A DNA stretch of 20,000 nucleotides, from IMG/VR virus record IMGVR_UViG_3300027906_004086, one strand, 5' to 3'. Within the stretch, counting starts at the first letter, position 1. Each line of letters starts with the position of its first letter. Below the pieces are notes generated by a model that saw nothing but the letters and a program-made list of their open reading frames with translations, made no database searches and was not told the origin of the DNA. Positions 16,772 through 20,000 of this stretch are shown here, piece after piece. Position numbers and translations under genes: made by a program. Source of the stretch: an uncultured virus (IMG/VR IMGVR_UViG_3300027906_004086). Lineage: Duplodnaviria > Heunggongvirae > Uroviricota > Caudoviricetes.

Positions 16772-17017
16772 ATGAAAATCACAAAAAGACAACTTAGAAG
16801 AATCATTAAAGAAGAAAAGGCCAAGCTTAGTGAAATGGGCATGGCAATGGATAGCAGTCAATATTTTAGCTTGACTGATGACTTAAGAAAAAATTTATTT
16901 GTTGGGCTTCTTGCTATATCCGACAAGCTGGGAGATGAGCTTGGTGAATATGAACTAGCAGATGAATTAGCTGGTTTAGTGGAAGATTTTGCTGGCCGAC
17001 ACAACATCAACATATAA
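16772..17017 (+). CDS. Leader-family protein 13
   Basis: MKITKRQLRRIIKEEKAKLSE. Confidence 0.9.
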   Translation: MKITKRQLRRIIKEEKAKLSEMGMAMDSSQYFSLTDDLRKNLFVGLLAISDKLGDELGEYELADELAGLVEDFAGRHNINI

Positions 17018-17033
17018 GACAAGGGTTTATAAA

Positions 17034-17429
17034 ATGAAAATCACTAAAAGACAACTTAGAAGAATCATTAAAGAAGAAAGAAAGAAAATTCTTAATGAGA
17101 TGTGGGGCGAGTCTATCGAGACAGGCTCTGATCTGATCGACTTTGCAAGAGCATACGCAGGATTAGGTGATGCTGTACAAGAACAAGTTGATGCAGTTGT
17201 CGGAGCTTATAATAATAGTGGCGGTGGTTCACAAGATTTTGCAGAAACCGTATACGAACAAAATCCTAATGCCATACAAATGGCCTACGGCAAGCTCGGG
17301 CGTGTCCTTGGGATGATGGACGGTGATGATGCACTAATGATATCCGAGGCCCTTCAAGAAGCTATGGATATTTTTCAACAAGGCGATGATGAAGTCGACG
17401 CCGATGCCCGTGCAGCAGGAGACAGATAA
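17034..17429 (+). CDS. Leader-family protein 14 (start ATG 17034)
   Basis: MKITKRQLRRIIKEERKKILNE. Confidence 0.9.
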   Translation: MKITKRQLRRIIKEERKKILNEMWGESIETGSDLIDFARAYAGLGDAVQEQVDAVVGAYNNSGGGSQDFAETVYEQNPNAIQMAYGKLGRVLGMMDGDDALMISEALQEAMDIFQQGDDEVDADARAAGDR

Positions 17430-17953
17430 TGGCAAAAGTAGATTTAGAAATGGCGTTAGTGAAGTCATGTGGGAGGTCCCCTTTGACCCCTGATGAACTC
17501 TTAGAACTTCTTGATATGGATATTGGTCAACTTATTACTAATCATGATATGGACCTGTACCAAGCTGAAGAGGTTATGATGTGGCGTAAGCATGAAGCTT
17601 TAAGATATTCAGCCCAGTTAACATCATTTCCGGAACCAATTCAGGAAAGTAAGAAGCTTTCAATTGGGGCCCTTAATAAAATGATTCTCGGCGGAAAAAA
17701 GGTCATCAAGGAGTCTACTGGCGCCGGAGGCCTTGGTATCCAGGCTGGTGGTGATTCTGGTCCTCGTATGATTGTAGTTGACTGGGATGATGATGGTGCA
17801 GGGATCGATCCCTTAGTAGAGCTCCACCCAGATGCAGTTCGCGATTGGAACTTAATAGCCGCGACTGAAGGCAAGGACGAAGCGGATTATGCAGTAGCCG
17901 AAATGCTATCAGATGAGATGGGCTGGATGGTCAATGGGTGGGAATGGCAATGA
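17429..17953 (+). CDS. Acidic two-part protein within the array, with a possible degenerate internal leader
   Basis: AGGAGA RBS; internal IQE-SKKLSIGALNKMILGGKKVIKE basic segment between acidic halves. Confidence 0.8.
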   Translation: MAKVDLEMALVKSCGRSPLTPDELLELLDMDIGQLITNHDMDLYQAEEVMMWRKHEALRYSAQLTSFPEPIQESKKLSIGALNKMILGGKKVIKESTGAGGLGIQAGGDSGPRMIVVDWDDDGAGIDPLVELHPDAVRDWNLIAATEGKDEADYAVAEMLSDEMGWMVNGWEWQ

Positions 17954-19359
17954 AAATTACGAAAGGCAAATTACGAAAGCTGATTAAAGAGTACGAGCAG
18001 TACGTCGACGAAGATGGTAATGTATGGGATGATGAAGGAAATGTCACCCGTAAAGGTGCCGCATTTGGACGTCAGTATGGGGGTGGCACATACGGTACTA
18101 ATGCACCATGGCAAGGTGGAAGATCCAGATCACGTTATTCATCACGTAGAAAAACTACTCATGTAGGCTCCAGCGCTAATTCTGAAAAAATATCTGCGGT
18201 GGAGAAAGCCTTAGAAGCAAAGCCCAATAATTTCTTGTCATCAGTCTTAAGTCAGCTCAAGGCCGGCCGCGGCCTTAGCTCAAAACAAAACAAAATTGTG
18301 AATAGGATCTTATCTAAAACAAGCAAAGAAGACGCTGCTCTTTTTGAGTCTGTAGCTGCATCCAACTGGGCGTATGAAGGCTGGGGTGAGGGTGATTTTG
18401 TTGATGCTATTCGTGATTATTCAAAAGAACTTACCGGCCGAAGGGATACTTACGGGGATTGGGAGGATTTGGAGGCGTTAACAATGATAGAGTTGCAAGA
18501 TCATTATGAGTCTATGTTTGACTCCCCTGAAGCTGAAGAATTTAGAGCCCAGCGTGAACTAGAAGATCAAAAGTTTGCGAACAGCGAAGTTGGACATGAT
18601 GAAGAAGATCATCCTTTGGAGAGAAGCCCACTTCGGCAAGGGATGGGCCATCGGCAAGAAGCAGCTGGGGTGACCCTTTTAAAGAAATTGGTTTTTGAGG
18701 AGCTTTCATTAGAAAAGGGGCGAGATTTAGATTACCCTGGAAAAAATGAAGGCAAAATGGCAAGGCAGCAACTTTTTCATATTGCAGAATACTCTTCAGA
18801 GTTGTATGAAATGCTCAATGATGGTGACGATTTGCCTGGGTGGGTCCAGGGAAAGCTAGCGGTTATGTCTAATGATATTGGCAAAATCAAACATTATTTA
18901 GAATATAAGTTAATGACCATGGGTGAAGGCCGACTTCTAGAAAACACTTCCCAGACCGCTGTAGAACTTACCGACCAGCCAGATCGCCGGGCTATTGGTG
19001 ATGCTTGGCCTGAGCGCGTCACCCATAATGGAAAAAATGTTTTTGATACATTTTATGGTGACAATGCTGCTGATGCACATGACTGGCTAAGCAGAGAAGG
19101 CTATGAAGGTCAAGAGACATATCTTGGCTATGATCCAGAAAGCGATAATTTTGTGATGGGCTTTGATGCTTTCTATGATGAAGTAGATGAGTACGGAAAT
19201 AGCGATCCAGGTGATATGATGGAAGGTGTGCTACTCCTTCTTGACCCAAGAGGTAGAGTATTAGAAACAATAACTTCCGTTCCAGGAGGTATATACCCCG
19301 CAGGCTTACGAGCTGCTCGGCATGCAATGCCTAAAATTATAGACGTACGACTTGATTAA
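17950..19359 (+). CDS. Leader-family protein 15, multi-module, 469 aa (start ATG 17950)
   Basis: MKITKGKLRKLIKEYE; ATGA overlap; alternating basic and acidic modules. Confidence 0.88.
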   Translation: MKITKGKLRKLIKEYEQYVDEDGNVWDDEGNVTRKGAAFGRQYGGGTYGTNAPWQGGRSRSRYSSRRKTTHVGSSANSEKISAVEKALEAKPNNFLSSVLSQLKAGRGLSSKQNKIVNRILSKTSKEDAALFESVAASNWAYEGWGEGDFVDAIRDYSKELTGRRDTYGDWEDLEALTMIELQDHYESMFDSPEAEEFRAQRELEDQKFANSEVGHDEEDHPLERSPLRQGMGHRQEAAGVTLLKKLVFEELSLEKGRDLDYPGKNEGKMARQQLFHIAEYSSELYEMLNDGDDLPGWVQGKLAVMSNDIGKIKHYLEYKLMTMGEGRLLENTSQTAVELTDQPDRRAIGDAWPERVTHNGKNVFDTFYGDNAADAHDWLSREGYEGQETYLGYDPESDNFVMGFDAFYDEVDEYGNSDPGDMMEGVLLLLDPRGRVLETITSVPGGIYPAGLRAARHAMPKIIDVRLD

Positions 19360-19367
19360 GGTGCCTC

Positions 19368-19649
19368 ATGATATTTTCAGGCTCTAAATTATATGATAGA
19401 AGTTCTGAGTTAATAGAATCTATAAACAAAATTCTGTCTGACAAGTGGTCTCGCAAGCAAATATCTGATGGCAAGCGCGTCGAAGTACCCTACCAGTGGG
19501 GCGAAAAGGTTATAGGTATTACTGCAGGCCGGTATAGAAGAGAAGGCTGGACTGTTGTTAGGATAGTTCAAGTCACAGGAAATCAAAGATCATATTTTTT
19601 AAAGTTTAAAAATCCTAAGTGGAAAAAGTATGATGATCAATTCAATTAA
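19368..19649 (+). CDS. Basic hypothetical protein, 93 aa
   Basis: AAGGTG RBS; last gene after the array. Confidence 0.7.
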   Translation: MIFSGSKLYDRSSELIESINKILSDKWSRKQISDGKRVEVPYQWGEKVIGITAGRYRREGWTVVRIVQVTGNQRSYFLKFKNPKWKKYDDQFN

Positions 19650-19687
19650 AAATATACAAGTTGGTAATTCAATGAATAATTATTTTT

Positions 19688-19858
19688 GGGGGGGAGATAC
19701 AGGATAGACATCTAAACGTATAAACGGAGCGTGCAGGGTAATAGAGCCGTAACCCGTTCTAGGGGGTATCGCAGAAAACTTTCGAGGAGTCCGGCCGGAT
19801 CCTCCGTAAAGGCGAACCAGGTTCCGCCCGATTTAGAGTCTTCAAGTATCTTCCTCCC
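19688..19858 (+). ncRNA. Candidate structured ncRNA (~171 nt, rod-like; possibly 6S-like)
   Basis: Nested pairings: 19688-19700/19846-19858 (13 bp with G-U), AGAC/GTCT, TCTAAA/TTTAGA, CGGAGC/GTTCCG; intergenic, GC-richer than flanks, terminator directly after. Confidence 0.65.
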
Positions 19859-19859
19859 G

Positions 19860-19897
19860 CCCCCAACCATGCTAAGCATGGTTGGGGGTTTTTTTTT
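19860..19897 (+). terminator. Rho-independent terminator
   Basis: Perfect 13-bp stem CCCCCAACCATGC-TAA-GCATGGTTGGGGG followed by T9. Confidence 0.93.
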
Positions 19898-19904
19898 GCT
19901 ATTT

Positions 19905-19978
19905 TCTGGCATTCGAATGCAAAATATCTGCCCCTGTGGTATAATATTAATGTTGGTGGGGAATGGTTACCTGCTGAA
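19905..19978 (+). promoter_or_regulatory. Promoter with 12-bp palindrome over the -35 and a conserved leader (copy 2); drives a gene beyond the window
   Basis: GCATTCGAATGC 19909-19920, ATGCAA-N17-TATAAT (TATAAT 19940-19945), AATGTTGGTGGGGAATGGTT; AGGAG RBS near window end. Confidence 0.8.
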
Positions 19979-20000
19979 TTGGACACTAGGAGCAAAAAAA

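Larger units (their letters stand above)
12694..17997 (+). repeat. Dispersed ~45-bp coding direct repeat (consensus ATGAAAATCACTAAAAGACAACTTAGAAGAATCATTAAAGAAGAA), 16 copies
   Basis: Copies start at 12694, 12983, 13312, 13614, 13862, 14128, 14526, 14769, 15144, 15521, 15836, 16158, 16493, 16772, 17034, 17950; differences among the core copies are mostly synonymous. Confidence 0.95.

Noticed and set aside
12694..17997. Repeats as a CRISPR array
   Set aside because: Repeats are in-frame coding sequence starting at ATG with synonymous variation; intervening stretches are hundreds of nt of ORF; no cas genes
12694..19359. Leaders as RiPP leader peptides or Sec/Tat signal peptides
   Set aside because: No modifying enzymes or transporter in the window, cargos are protein-sized, and there is no hydrophobic h-region after the RR
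19688..19858. tmRNA, tRNA or SRP RNA
   Set aside because: G-rich 5' end is suggestive, but there is no T-loop (GTTCRA) or CCA end, it is too short for tmRNA, and no SRP domain IV motif is visible

Overview
Almost entirely + strand, densely packed, translationally coupled genes with Shine-Dalgarno sites and standard stop codons. The content is typical of a large (jumbo or T4-like) bacteriophage, although no structural genes fall in the window. The left 12.5 kb is a host-takeover and accessory region: 5'-3' exonuclease (T4 RNase H/FEN type), GroEL with no adjacent GroES, HExxH peptidase, alpha/beta hydrolase, a sigma-70 that lacks region 4.2 followed by a small gene that looks like the missing HTH, peptide deformylase, a DUF1599/Nmad1-like protein, MT-A70 methyltransferase, a bL12-CTD-like protein, tRNA-Leu(UAA) and tRNA-Arg(UCU). 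The standout is 12694-19359: a tandem array of 15 genes carrying 16 copies of a near-invariant basic leader, MKITKRQLRRIIKEE, usually followed by an (L/I/V)xE motif and fused to unrelated, mostly acidic cargo domains. My inferred reading is a cassette of capsid-targeted, protease-matured internal proteins. An unannotated 32-aa peptide with 14 Cys lies inside the array. A ~170-nt rod-like structured RNA candidate plus terminator follows it, and a conserved promoter family recurs across the window.
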